Of a stretch of 60,257 nt of DNA, positions 38,565 to 51,711 are shown piece after piece. The stretch is from Octopus bimaculoides (Eukaryota), in contig NC_068994.1 of assembly GCF_001194135.2 (NCBI RefSeq), positions 30,043,444-30,103,700 on the forward strand, in the 5' to 3' direction. Below the pieces are notes generated by a model that was given only the letters and a program-made list of their open reading frames with translations, searched no databases and was not told the DNA's origin. Every line of letters starts with the position of its first letter. The stretch's first letter is position 1. The translations under genes were made by a program, and so were the position numbers.

Positions 38565-39439
38565 NNNNNNNNNNNNNNNNNNNNNNNNNNNNNNNNNNNN
38601 NNNNNNNNNNNNNNNNNNNNNNNNNNNNNNNNNNNNNNNNNNNNNNNNNNNNNNNNNNNNNNNNNNNNNNNNNNNNNNNNNNNNNNNNNNNNNNNNNNNN
38701 NNNNNNNNNNNNNNNNNNNNNNNNNNNNNNNNNNNNNNNNNNNNNNNNNNNNNNNNNNNNNNNNNNNNNNNNNNNNNNNNNNNNNNNNNNNNNNNNNNNN
38801 NNNNNNNNNNNNNNNNNNNNNNNNNNNNNNNNNNNNNNNNNNNNNNNNNNNNNNNNNNNNNNNNNNNNNNNNNNNNNNNNNNNNNNNNNNNNNNNNNNNN
38901 NNNNNNNNNNNNNNNNNNNNNNNNNNNNNNNNNNNNNNNNNNNNNNNNNNNNNNNNNNNNNNNNNNNNNNNNNNNNNNNNNNNNNNNNNNNNNNNNNNNN
39001 NNNNNNNNNNNNNNNNNNNNNNNNNNNNNNNNNNNNNNNNNNNNNNNNNNNNNNNNNNNNNNNNNNNNNNNNNNNNNNNNNNNNNNNNNNNNNNNNNNNN
39101 NNNNNNNNNNNNNNNNNNNNNNNNNNNNNNNNNNNNNNNNNNNNNNNNNNNNNNNNNNNNNNNNNNNNNNNNNNNNNNNNNNNNNNNNNNNNNNNNNNNN
39201 NNNNNNNNNNNNNNNNNNNNNNNNNNNNNNNNNNNNNNNNNNNNNNNNNNNNNNNNNNNNNNNNNNNNNNNNNNNNNNNNNNNNNNNNNNNNNNNNNNNN
39301 NNNNNNNNNNNNNNNNNNNNNNNNNNNNNNNNNNNNNNNNNNNNNNNNNNNNNNNNNNNNNNNNNNNNNNNNNNNNNNNNNNNNNNNNNNNNNNNNNNNN
39401 NNNNNNNNNNNNNNNNNNNNNNNNNNNNNNNNNNNNNNC

Positions 39440-39740
39440 TGGACCGCTTCCTGTCGGCCTTGACACATTTCCTGTGTCCTTATATTTGAAACTGTTAAAG
39501 CGAAAATATCTGACATTTGAATAGAGAGATGTTATTGTTTCACTTTTGACATGTAATACTGAAATAGTGTAGGAGATATGATATTGTTCTGGGCTCACAC
39601 TAGGCAAAAAGTTAAAATTGTTTTTGGCCTATGGCACTAAGGGATGTGTAAAATTTGAATGAAATTGGTTGTGTAGTTCTGAAGTTTTGGGGATTCACAC
39701 AGTCAGTCACACACACATTCTCATCTTTATATATATAAAT
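39440..39740. mobile_element. Possible non-autonomous Helentron/DINE-1-like element
   Basis: It ends in aaatttgaatgaaattggttgtgtagttctgaagtt..cacagtcagtcacacacacattctcatctttatatatata, resembling the DINE-1/HINE microsatellite-bearing terminus. Recalled similarity only; truncated by a gap. Confidence 0.3.
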
Positions 39741-40797
39741 GTGTGTGAAAGTGTGTCTGTATCAATTTGTGGTTTTATGTTTAACAGCCATTATCATGTG
39801 CCAAACAAATGCAGCTATCACTTGAGTCTGCTTTGTGGACAGGGAAGCGTTTTCCTTTACTTGGTATCTATAAAAAGGGAAATTGTGAGATAGATGCCAT
39901 TGAAAGGTTTGAGGACAGAATTTTACCTCTTAAGCCAAGCCTTAATTAGCATCTTTGGGTACCACTTGAAGAGGAAAGTGATGGTAGAAGTACTGCCCTT
40001 TGTAAATTTTATGTAAGTTTTAAGAGTGGAAAAATTGGCATAGCTAAAAGAGCCTAGTTAAACTATGATACAACAGCTATAGGTTGGCAGCAAGGACTGA
40101 AAGGAAGTACTTACTTTTGTTAGGGTAATCCAGGGTTGTGTATGATGTGTCCCAAATTACTCTAATAAGGAAGGATCCCATTTTAGGGATCTTGTTTCGT
40201 TTGTTCTAGATTACAGTCGTCATTTATTGTTCTTTATTATTATTATTGATTTTACCCCTTTATTTCATATGAATCCTTCGTTACTTTCTTTTCTAGCTCT
40301 TTTTTTAAAAATTCTATCTTTGTGCTGCGCCCAAAATTTTAAGCCTTTGTAGTCAATAGAACTCATTAATATTATCACTTCAATTTCCTATCAATTAATG
40401 TCTTTTTTTTTTTTAATTTCAGTTTTTTCAGTGAGTTTCTAAGATTCCATTGGAGGAGCAAGGAGTATCTACATTGGAGTACAGAAGAAAGATTTGAAAG
40501 ATATTGCTAAACCATCATAAAAACCGAGATATACTTTTATACTTTTAAAGAAGATATTACTGTTCCCTCCACCCATTTTCTCACTAGTTTTGTGAAATCT
40601 AGTAAAAAAAAAGTTGCAGCTTGTAAATATGACTTCAGTTATTTACATAACTTGTGTGTAACAGAACAGTGAATTAGTTGCTTCCAAGCCACTACTTCAA
40701 CCTGTGTATTTTGGGGGGATTGTGACATTTATCATATATATATATATATATATATATTCATCATTAGTTTTTCAGTTTCATCAGTGGAATTTCTACC

Positions 40798-41778
40798 ATG
40801 TACTCCATGCAATCTGTTTACTCCATGAGCGAGCAATTTAGCTGTGATTCATGTGAGAAAACCTTCCAGCTATATGACCAACTTAAGGCTCACAAGAGAT
40901 CTATGCATGCTGGTAGTGGTGAACATAAATCTTTCATATGTGAATTCTGCCACAAGGAATTCAGCCAGATTTCGTCCTTGCGTAACCACGAACGCACACA
41001 CACAGGTGAGAAACCATTCCAGTGCCTGACTTGCAGTAAGTCATTCAGCCAAAGGGGCAATTTGAAACACCATGAACGAATACACACTGGTGAAAAACCA
41101 TTCACTTGCGAGATGTGTGCAAAAGCCTTTAGCCAAGTGTCAAGTCTGCGCAACCATGAGAGGACGCATACAGGCGAGAAGCCTTTCACCTGTCCAACTT
41201 GTTCGAAAGAGTTTAGCCAGAAGGGAAATCTGAAAATACACGAGAGAACACACACTGGCGAGAAACCTTTCACTTGTTCCCTCTGTACCAAATCTTTCAG
41301 CCAGAAAGGAAATTTGAAAACACATATGCGCAACCATGGAGATAAAAAAGAATTCAGCTGCTCCCTCTGTGGAAAAGTATTCTCATGTAAATCATTGCTG
41401 AAATGCCATGAAAAAGCACATAATGTGTCTGAGGCAGGTAGTAGTCAAGGAATTGGCACAGCCATGGGGCAAGAAGCAATAGGGCTGGTCCCAAATACCA
41501 CAACTGCCATTGAGGGCCCAGCAGGCTCCATTGACCTTAGAAAGGACCTATATAACTATCACAGCAACAACAGCAACAGCAACCATAATCACCCACAGCA
41601 CACATCAGCCACCACAAGTGTACAAGCTCAGCAGCCACACTTGTCACAACAGCTGCGCAATCAAACCAACTTTGGTGCTAACTCCAGTGGATTTGATCCT
41701 AGGGATCACCTAGCAGCCTCACAGTTAGATTTAACCACTGATAATCGGCACACTCAAAACAACCGTGTCTATGTGTAA
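40798..41778 (+). CDS. C2H2 zinc-finger transcription factor (ZNF-B): 7 fingers, Asn/Gln/His-rich C-terminal tail
   Basis: 326-aa ORF with seven C2H2 fingers and four canonical TGEKPF linkers. There is an acceptor-like ttagtttttcag ending at 40775 and AATAAA at 41804 and 41820. The frame is open from the acceptor to the ATG, so an upstream coding exon cannot be excluded. Confidence 0.95.
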   Translation: MYSMQSVYSMSEQFSCDSCEKTFQLYDQLKAHKRSMHAGSGEHKSFICEFCHKEFSQISSLRNHERTHTGEKPFQCLTCSKSFSQRGNLKHHERIHTGEKPFTCEMCAKAFSQVSSLRNHERTHTGEKPFTCPTCSKEFSQKGNLKIHERTHTGEKPFTCSLCTKSFSQKGNLKTHMRNHGDKKEFSCSLCGKVFSCKSLLKCHEKAHNVSEAGSSQGIGTAMGQEAIGLVPNTTTAIEGPAGSIDLRKDLYNYHSNNSNSNHNHPQHTSATTSVQAQQPHLSQQLRNQTNFGANSSGFDPRDHLAASQLDLTTDNRHTQNNRVYV

Positions 41779-41803
41779 GGAGCCATACCCACCAAAGCTG
41801 CCA

Positions 41804-41825
41804 AATAAACCATCATTTTAATAAA
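41804..41825 (+). terminator. Candidate polyadenylation signals of ZNF-B
   Basis: Two AATAAA hexamers (41804-41809 and 41820-41825) lie 26 and 42 nt after the stop, followed by T-rich sequence. AATAAA is common in AT-rich DNA. Confidence 0.4.
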
Positions 41826-42480
41826 AACGAACTCTCTTTGGACAACACTTTTACTATTTTTATTATTGTCAAAAGTAATTATTATTATTGTTGATATTGG
41901 CAAGCATCTAAGGACAGCACTCAGTTCTTAAAGAACTGAGTCCATTTCAATTCATGCTTGGAACCACTAAATGCTCTTGGCTAAAGCACAGACTCCATAA
42001 GTTTCTATTTCTTTCCTTCTCCATAAAAATATTGTCTTCATGCCAGTATAAGAAACTATTATTATTATCATCATCATCATCGTCGTCATCATCATCATTA
42101 TCATCATCATCATCATCATCTGTTGTGATTGCAAAGGCTAAGTAGGTGCATTATTGCAGTTCAGGCTTCTGGGAGCTGTAGATCTAAATTCTGCTACAAT
42201 CATTGTGTTGTGTCCTTTGGGGTCAAGATGTTTACTCAATTACTTACCTCTAAAAACTATGGGTCAAGAGGGTTTTTTTTTAACTCTTGCTTTTACTGAT
42301 AAGATATTGACTTCAGGAAATGAGGTCATATCCTATAAATGTCAATATTGATTTTATATAATTCCAGGATCAAGAGGCCAGAGTGGTTTAAAAAATGTGC
42401 CACTAAGATTTACCAGTCAAGTCTTTTTCTTTTCTCTTACAAAAAGGGCCTTGTATTTAGAGAGAGAAGAAATGATCATT

Positions 42481-43290
42481 AAGGTGGTGAGCTGGCTGAA
42501 TCATTAGCACCTCGGCTAGAATGCTTAACCATATTTCTTCCAGCTCCTCTACATTCTGAGTTCAAATTCTGCTGAGGCCAACTTTACTTTTCATCCTTTT
42601 GCAGGTAATATAATAAGGACCAGTTATGTATTGAGGTTGATGTAATCAATTTGCCCCCTCCCTTCAAAATTACTGGCCTTGTGCCAGAATTAGAATTACT
42701 ATTATTGTTATTAGGGTGAATGAATTGCCAGAATCAGTTCAAATCTCTTTGGGGTCAAATTTGCTTTACATTCTCCTTGGATCAATAAAATATAGTACCA
42801 GTTAGTTAAATCAAATTTACTCTTCCCTTAATTTTATGTCATTTGCCAGTGTTGGGTGGCGAACTGGCAAAATGCTTAGTGGTATTTCACCTGTCTTTAC
42901 ATTCTGACTTCAAATTCCACCAAGGTTGACTTTGCCTTTCATCCTTTCAGGGTTAAGACATACCAGTTACGCACTGGGGTCGATGTAATCGACTTGATCC
43001 CCTTCCCCAAGCAACCCTTGTGGCGAAAATTTGAAATAATTGTTATTATTATTACCATTATAAGGCGTTGAGCTGGCAGAATCAGTAAGGATGCCAGGCA
43101 AAATGCTTTGTGGCATTTTGTCTGTCTTTATGTTCTGAGTTAAAATTTCACTGAGGTCAACTTTGCCTTTGGGTTTATGTAATAAACCAATATTTATAGC
43201 TAATTATATATGGCACTGAATTGAAATCATACTAAGGCCAACTTTGTTTTTTATTTTCATGTGAAAAATAAAGCACCGGTCATGTATCCA
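42481..43290 (+). mobile_element. Cluster of co-oriented SINE family 2 copies
   Basis: Copies or partials at about 42481-42700, 42720-42830, 42855-43045, 43063-43175 and 43230-43290. More on + at about 43855-43920, 44630-44800, 46065-46240, 53506-53625 and 53648-53830. Confidence 0.75.
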
Positions 43291-45711
43291 GTCAATCTAA
43301 CCAACTACATCCTTACCTCATTTGATGTGTGCCTATGTGAAAAATCAATTATATACACACATCGCCACACACATACTGGTAAAACTGTTCTCTGCAGAAA
43401 TTAATGTTGGTCTGTGTTAGCATATATTAGATTAAATGTTGATATAAAGTGTTCATTTGATTCCATTGAACATTGTTTCTTTCCCAATTTTCCTGTCTTA
43501 TTTGTTATTGCTCGGGACACAACACAATGTGTCTGTAACAAAGTTTGAGCTCAGTCTCCTAATACAATAATAATAATAATATCACCATCAGCAGTTACAA
43601 CAAATTTTCTCTATAAATTTCACCTTCAGCCTTTATCTATTGTTTTTCCTGTTACCCAGCTTGAGGTGAATACCTGTTACTGCAGAGGTCCACATTGACA
43701 CCAGCATGAAGACTTATAGTTCTCAATTAGAAAGATTTTTTTTTTAACATTCTGTTCTAGTTTTATCTTCCCTCTAACTCAAATGATAACTTATAGTTAA
43801 TCCTGCTACATATCTTTCTTTCCAGTTATAAACAAGAGAGGTGCTTGCAGAGAGCATTTTGGTAAACTTTGCCTTTTTTCCTTTCAGGATCAATGAAATA
43901 TGTACCAATTGATTTATTTCAGCTTGCAAGTTCATTTAATGCAGGTGACATCTTGATGTTCACTATCTTTTCTGTTATTAAATTGTATGTCTAACTCTCA
44001 TTTAGTCCCTACTGACTATCACTTGTACTCATCACTATATTTGCTTTACAAGCAATGCTCCTACCTCCATTCATTTTCACCTGTTGTCCACTACTATCAG
44101 CTGCGGTAGTCTTTGTATTTACTCACTAATAGTTTCTGTATTTTGCATATGGCTCTGAATAGTTGCTGACCTGTTGCTGCAACAGTAGTGCTGATCCTAC
44201 TGGTCACTGATGTTGTCATCTCTGCATCTGCTTAAAGTATCAGCAGTAAGTGAAGATCTTCATCAGCTGATCATTAACTTTAATGATCTCTGTCAGTGCT
44301 GTCCACCACTCGTTTCTGATAACAAACCAAGGGATTTTTTATTTTGTTGTTCGAACTGCAAGAAATAGAAGCTAAATATCCCTCGAATCACACTATTATG
44401 TCTTAATGAGATGAAAGAACTTGTTGGATAGTGTCATCTCTGATACATTCTCTGGAATAAAGATGAGGTGGTCATAGCTTGAACACTTTTGGGCCATAGG
44501 TCAGTCTGGTCAGTTAGAAATGACCTTGGCTGAAATAGCAGCAACCTCTGCTGATCATGTAACTGTTGCCTTAAACAAATTTTTTCAAATACAAGTATAA
44601 TATTTATGTTACAATTTTTTTAGTTATAGCCTGGAGATTAGTGGAGTGGCAGAGATGGTACAGTGTTGAAGTGAACAATTTGCAGTATTCAGTTCTCTCC
44701 CTTATGCTTTCTATATACTGGGTTTCAAACCTCGTTGCCTTTCATTCCTCCAGGGTCATACTGGGCTCAATACACCTTGCCCCCACCCCTCCCCGATAAA
44801 TTTGTGAAGCCATCCTTAATGTTAAAAATCGTTATTCTTTTTCTTCTCAGAAATCTGACATACTCTTCACATCTCCAATGTGCCTCATTTCCCCTCATCC
44901 CTGCAACCTTACACTCAAGTCCATTGCATGTTATTGGCCAATATGGAGAGAGCAGGGGGAGAGAGAGAGAGAAATCAGGTATGCATGTACACCTGTGTTT
45001 AAAAACTGGTTTTCTGATCACTTCCTGCCATAATTTACTATCCAAATCTGAACATGACTATCACCATTAATCACTCTCTGGGGTGACTTCACTACTGCTA
45101 CTTATATTATTACTATCCCCACCACCACTACCAACACATTTATTTCTACCACCCTCACTAATAACTCTACCATCTTCACTTTTTATAACAGCACTAGTAT
45201 TGCTATTTGCACTGTTTCTAAGCAATAACCATCACCACCACCAATATTGCCTACACTATGCTATATACTCATTTATTCTGTTGCTAGGTAACTAACCACC
45301 ACTATCACACTACTCCAACCATTGTTCACCTTAAACCCTCCACTAAACATTACATACCAATATTATATCTCTATATATATTTATGATTGCTGAATTGTAG
45401 AAGATTTAGTAGTTTTTTTTGTTTTTTTTTGCCTAGAAATAATGTTTTTCAAATTTTTTTCTTTTTAATTTTTTTTTTTTTTTTTTTTGCCCCATCCTCA
45501 ATAAAATGGTTATTTACTTCATTCTTTTCATTAATAATATCACTGAGGTTTCTCTCTTTAATTACACCTCAAATCACATCTGCTGAAATGAATTTTTACA
45601 TTTTTTTTTTCTTTTTTTAATAAAACACATTGTCCTTAACTAAAAAAAACAAAAAAACTCCTGTAATTTTTTATAAAATATTCCATGTATTGATGTTGTT
45701 GTTGTTGTTGT

Positions 45712-45930
45712 TTAACCCTTCAACATTCAAACAGGCTATATCTGACCTAAATATTCTACCATTTTTGTGTGGCCAGATCTGGTCTCTCATTCATCCTACA
45801 ATGTCATTCTAAAAATAAGCAATCACACCATGAAAATCTTTTAGCCACAAGATAATGTATGATTAATTAAAAATAATGTGAATAAATAAGCATTAGCTTT
45901 AAGAGAGTAATCTGAATGCTGAAGGGATAA
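45712..45930 (+). mobile_element. piggyBac-type MITE (TTAA-CCCTT...AAGGG ends), copy 1
   Basis: ttaa-cccttcaacattc..gaatgctgaaggg-ataa, about 220 bp, no ORF. CCC termini with TTAA targets are the piggyBac signature. Confidence 0.65.
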
Positions 45931-47399
45931 CCATTGTGTTTAAAGGAGATTAAGTTGAAAAATACCCAGGACTTTGTTCAGCTTGAAAACTAAAGAACAA
46001 TCAGTACTAACATACTTAATGTAATGAGTTAACTTTCAATTAAGTAAAATTACTAATTTTGTAGAAGCTGGCAAAATTGTTAAGCATGTTGGACAAAATG
46101 CTTAGTGGCATTTCCTCCAGTTTTACGCTCTGAATTCAAATCCTGTTGAGGTCTATTTTGTCTTTCATCACAAGTGCAATAAAGTACCAGTTAAGTACTA
46201 GGATCAATGTGTCCCTCCTTTCAAAGTTGCTGGCCTTGAGCCCTGCAATAAGCTGATGTCTCTTTCAGAAGAAATGGTGTGATTTTGTTTACTTATATGC
46301 CGTGGAAACCAGGTGACTGGCCTTATAAATCTTATGGCTAAGGAAAAGAATTTAAAAAATTCCCTTAATCATTAATTCAGCTAGGGGAGTTAATTGTGAA
46401 ATTTTAATTCTTGACAGTATGGTGAAACAACTCGAAGTATGTTTCAGTTTTATTACACCTTTTTAGTGGAATATTACCAATACCAGCCAAAGATAATTTG
46501 AGAAATTTGTTTTACTAGTTTCACTCATTGGATTGTAGCCATACAGTGGTACCACTTCAAGGATTTTAGTTGAACATATCAACTGCAGCTATTTCATTGA
46601 ATCACTAAATTATGTACTTGACATAAAAAAGACAACTCACAACATCCACATCATCAAAATCTTGGAGATGTGAGATAATGCATGATTAATTCCAAACATA
46701 GTGAATAAATAAGCATTACATTTGACAAAATAATCTGAATGCTAAGGGGCTCAAGCAGTAAACATAATCATAGTTGCAGACAAGAAATGGAAATTTAATT
46801 TTCATGCTCACGGAAGAAAATGTGGTCTTTGTTAGCAGGTAAGGGGGACAACTTCAAGTATTTCAGCTTTTTTAGACCTCATTAGCTTGCTTGATCATAG
46901 GTTTTTACACACAGAAAAACATTTAAGCACAATTTTGGTTAACAAACCAAAATTGTTCTTAACTGGTAGACTTAATTCACTGCCCAGTTTAACTCCATCA
47001 TCTAATCCCTTGGATACCTTTAGCAGATTTCATTCTATTGCAAACATTTGTGCCAGGTCTCCAGTTTGAGGATGATTTCCTCCTTTCCTCCCTCTCACCA
47101 GTCATAGAGGCTGTAAAACGTCAGGAGTACTGCTCTTCTATTCTGATTAAAAGGATAAAAACAAAAATAGTAATTTGCATTATTACAAAATGTGAGCTAA
47201 GGGAAATAACTCGTTGATCAATGTTATGGATTTAGTTAAGATAGGTGGTGGTGAATACTGTATGCCAAAAAATTCTCTTGGAGAAAGAAATCAAAAACAG
47301 CAGCTTATCAAAGAAAAGAGAGATAACGTCAACAAATAAGTGTAAAAATTAAATATTTATATAAAATAATTAATTTCTTAAAATTTTGTCCCCGTTGTG

Positions 47400-47760
47400 A
47401 AACCACAAGGTTTCAGGTTCTGTCCCAGTATATGGCACTTTTGGGATGTCTTCTATTATTACCCAAGGCCAATCAATACTTTGTGAGTCAATTAGGGAAA
47501 ACATAAACTGAAAAAACTCATTGTACATATATATATTATTATGCATGTGTTTGTGTTTCCTTGTCTTGACATTGCATGATTGTTGTAAATGAATTCCATT
47601 TCTTTCTAATATTGTGAAAACCTGTCTAGCCTTGAGGAATCAATACCTTGCTTGGAAGAAGGTAAGGGTTGGTAAGGGGAAGGGCATCTGGTTGTACAAA
47701 ATCTGCTTTAATAAACTCTGACTCATACAAGTATGTGAAAGTGGATATTCAATGATAATT
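47400..47760 (+). mobile_element. SINE with a family-1 head and an RTE-type (gaagggcatc) tail
   Basis: ggtttcaggttctgtccc head, TA/TG core, then gggttggtaaggggaagggcatctggttgtacaaaatctgc; degenerate. Confidence 0.55.
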
Positions 47761-48279
47761 TTTTTGTGTGCACCATTCAGTGGTTGTATTGCCATTGATC
47801 TGGATAATCTAACTTAAGTATGCCATTGGCCTGCTTGAGTTACTTCTTATAGCTTACCTTCTTTTAATTTTACACACATGTATATGTGTCTTTGACAGGC
47901 ATCTGCAAGGCTCCCATCTAAATTTCACTTACAAGGTGTTTTTTCAGTCAGAAGTTACAGTAGAAAACACTTGCCTAAGATACTGGAGATACTGGTGAAA
48001 ACAAACCTGTAAAAAGCAGAAGTAGAGATGGGTGATAGGTGGCAACAAAAGTGGTTCAGAGAAAGATTACTAGCTGGCATTATGACGTGGTGATGTTAGA
48101 GAGTATAGGATAGGGAGATGAGAGTGGTCTAATGTAAACTTTATAAATAGGTATACTGAAGGCCAAGTGAGCACAGTGATGAGGATTGTTTGATCAACAC
48201 AGGTGATATGAAGATGAGAGATGGAGGGCTATGAGTGATAAGGAATGGAACACACTTGTTTTTTAACATTTGTTTCACT

Positions 48280-48560
48280 CTACTTCCATAAGTGGATGTC
48301 TTCTCCAGACATGCATGTCATTACTCAACATAGTCCTTTATGGCATGATATGCAGTATCTTGAGACCAATCTTTGTCACTACATTCCATGTCTTCCTTGG
48401 TCTCCTTCCATTGATTTCATTTACTTTGAGCATAGAGCCCTGCTGTACTACAGTTGTCATCCTTCATACACATCATATTGCCACACAAGCACGGTCTTCT
48501 CTTTTGCATACTATGTCTGATTCCTTGAACATGTAGTTTTTCTTTTGACACATTTGTACT
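48280..48560 (-). mobile_element. Old, decayed RTE LINE 3' coding fragment
   Basis: The minus-strand translation (EKLHVQGIRHSMQKRR..MKDD..GRRPRKTW across frameshifts) aligns by eye with the RTE ORF end at 33214-33489. Confidence 0.6.
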
Positions 48561-48994
48561 CTGTGGTTTATGCTCACTTCATATATATTGGGTTAGGGTT
48601 AGGGATGAAACAACTATGAGAGTTGAGCTGTAATCTGTAGATGTGAGAGAGAAGACATCTGTGCTAAAAGATGAACTGATAGAGAATGATAGATAAGCAA
48701 CAGGCTTTGATTTGTGTGACCTAGAATAAAGTGAGTTGGGGTGGGTCCAGTGGATAATGAAAAACAAGGGCATTGTACAGCCTAACTTTATTCTGCTTCT
48801 TCCATTTCATGTTTTTTATAATCTTTCAAATGTTGAAGATGTTAATGAAATTGATGTAGAAATATGTACTCACATAAGTAAAGCTTTTGATATGATAGAT
48901 ACCAATACCAAGTTAATAAGAAAGAGAAGAGTGAAACAGTTTGGTCACTCAATAACTTTGTAGAGCTGGCATTCTGCCAAGATTTCCCAAACTC

Positions 48995-49223
48995 TTTACC
49001 CTTTAGCATTTAAACTGGCAATATCAGCCCCAAATATTTGATCTGTATTATGTTCAAACAGCCCAAAATTTAGCCTCTCATACCTCTTCTACAATGCCAT
49101 TCCAAAAATAAACAATTACATCGTTGAAATTTCAAAGTAATGAGATAACGCATAATTAATTCAAAACAATGTAAATAAATAAGCATTACATATGACAGAG
49201 TAATCTGAATGCTGTAGGGTTAA
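48995..49223 (+). mobile_element. piggyBac-type MITE, further copies
   Basis: ttta-ccctttagcatttaaactgg..gaatgctgtaggg-ttaa. Homologous copies at 50008-50216 and 50433-50656, and a 3' half at about 46646-46749. Confidence 0.7.
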
Positions 49224-49385
49224 GCAAATAATAGATGACATCAAATCAGGAAGAGGTCAACCTTTTATAGTTACTATTAGCAACAGTGGAGGGCAGAGCT
49301 TCAATTAGAGAGAGATTAAGTATATCACCTACCTGACAAGTTTTGAATTCAGAATGAAGAAAAATAAAACTAATATCAGATATAT

Positions 49386-49750
49386 TGCTGCAGAATTGAC
49401 TGTGTGGTAAAGAATCTTTGTAACTATGTACTTTCAGATTCAGTCCCACTGCATGGTACCTTGGGCAAGTTTCTTCTACAATAGTCCTGGACCAACCAAT
49501 GCCTTGTGAGCGAATTTAGTAGATGGAAACTGTTGTGTTTTTATGTCTTCGTATCTGTGTTTATCACTCCCACGCACTACTGCTTGACAATTTGTGTTGG
49601 TTTGTAACTTAGTAACTTGGCAAAAAAGACTGACAAAATAAGTACCAGACTTTAAAAATTAGTACTGGGGCTGATTTGTTTGAGTAAACTCTTCAAAGCA
49701 GTGCCCCAGCATGGCCATAGGCCAATGACTGAAACAAATAATAGATAAAA
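49386..49750 (+). mobile_element. SINE family 1, full length
   Basis: Colinear with 24221-24598. Confidence 0.8.
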
Positions 49751-51454
49751 GGGATACATTTCACATTTCCTACTTTGGTGGTGGGGGCTGAATATTCTTC
49801 TCTTAGCAAGGAAGGGTGAGTTGTGGCCTTCAAACCAATGACTTTTTGTATAACATATTCTTGAATATTTTATGATTTAATAAATATTTCCGAAGTAAAA
49901 GATTTTGTCATCATAACCCTTTCAGTAAATTATACTGCAGCCCAATTTAGCTGTGAGGTATCGTTTTCTTAGAAATAGCAGTCAAATTCTCTTCAAGATC
50001 CTATGCCTTAACCCTCTAGCATTTAAACTGGCCTGAATATTCTACATAATTTATGTTTAAACTGGCCAGATCCAGCCTATCACACCTATTCTACAATGTG
50101 ATTCTGAAAATAAACAATCACATCAAAATCTTAAAGCTGCAAGATAATGCATGGTCATTTCAAAAGAATGCAAATAAATATGCATTACATTTAACAGAGT
50201 AGGGTTAAAGGGTTAAAGAAAGATGGTAAGGTCTTGGCTTGCTTGTCTTTGATCATATCTGCCTCAATCAGAGCTAAATAACCAGCACCAACATTAGATA
50301 TTTGTATCCTGAGTTCAATTTCCACTGTGACTGGTAGATTTAACTTGTCACCCAATTTAACACCACTTGACAACTTGGATGCCTTTAGTAGAATCTAGTC
50401 TGTTGCAAGCATATGGGTCAGGTCTATGGTTGGACCCTTTATCATTTAAACCTACCATATCAGGCCAAGATATTCTATCTGTTTTATGTTCAAACTGGTC
50501 AAATCTGGCATCTCACACCTATCTTACAGTGTCACTCAAAATAAATAATCACATCATCAAAATCTTGAAGCTCTGAAGATAATGTATGATTTATTCTAAA
50601 CAATGAGAATCAACAAGCATCACATTTGATAGAATAATCTGAATGCTAAAGGGTCAGGCATGCCTTCCTCCCTTTCTCCAACTAGTCTTAGAGACCCTCA
50701 AAAGGGTCAAGGGCACTGCCTTCCCTCCTGACTAAAAGACAAAATTATGCCATGTCTTAGGAAATATGACCTGCTTGACTCACAAACACTGATCAGTGTT
50801 TCACTGTAGATCTGTTTCCTTTTATCTATTGACACTTGTTGAGTGTGGTGACAGACTTACCATGAATCTTGTTGATTAGAGGGTTTGTTGGGTGACTAAT
50901 AAGACCTGGCCCGGGAAATGGGTGGTGGGGAGGCAGTCTCTGCACCGGACAGGAATTTTGTGGTTGTTGAGGTTTAACTCCAATGTGAAATTGTTTTTTT
51001 TTAGCAGAGTAAAACATATTTCAAGCATTCAAGCCAGGTCGCTTAACCCCCACCACTTGCAGTTTTGGAATCCTTGAAAAAGGGTTCTGGATATTGCCTT
51101 TCCACTTCTGAGTCTGCCATTAGAAAGAAAAAAGGGAAAACAAAAGACTAAATGTCCCCTAAATTGATTTTGTGCATGTCATCGTCATCATCATCACCAC
51201 CACCACCACCACCATTATCATCTTCATCACATCCTCTTCCTCCTCCTATTCCTTGTCATCATTACCACCATCAACATTGTCATCATAATTGTTATCACCA
51301 TCATCATCATTATCATTGTCATCCTCATAGCTCTAATATTCAATATCCCATGCTAGTATTGATCAGGCCAGTCTACAGTAACAATTTGTCACCATTTATC
51401 TCATTAGCGAGAGTCAACATCCCAAATTCTTTCAGTGTCTTGTCTGAAAGACAG

Positions 51455-51660
51455 TGAGGAAGCCTCTACATGGTTGCTCAATTTGCTAGGCATAGCAGCT
51501 AAATATCTCTGAAATCACAACAGGCTATTTTTTATTTTTTGTTTTCTAAGAAAAGTACATACTGGACAATGAGATATAGAAAAACACCAGATGTGACGTA
51601 GATTGACCACCTTTGATCAGTCTAGTCTGCTGAAACCCAACTGACCTGGGGTTAAACAAT
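51455..51660 (+). repeat. Unclassified interspersed repeat family (gaggaagcctctac..ttgctagaaatagcagccaaat)
   Basis: Similar segments lie at about 8060-8110 (+), 23455-23615 (-), 44340-44530 (+), 49955-50000 (+) and 52985-53070 (+). Confidence 0.55.
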
Positions 51661-51711
51661 TGTAGAAAAGTCAGGTTTTTTTTTTATCCTGATAAAAGGA
51701 AATCAATATAT

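Noticed and set aside
8416-39607. Long ORF-track entries spanning N runs (e.g. 8416-9315, 14287-15573, 20241-20729, 35780-36379, 38443-39607)
   Set aside because: They are open only because N codons contain no stops; the flanks translate microsatellites.
40890-41333. 147-aa antisense ORF over ZNF-B (and similar antisense ORFs over ZNF-A and ZNF-C)
   Set aside because: It is the expected shadow frame of repetitive zinc-finger codons, with no independent motif.
48590-48604. Second telomere-like tract gggttagggttaggg
   Set aside because: Only three G-tracts, beside a decayed RTE fragment; too short to interpret.
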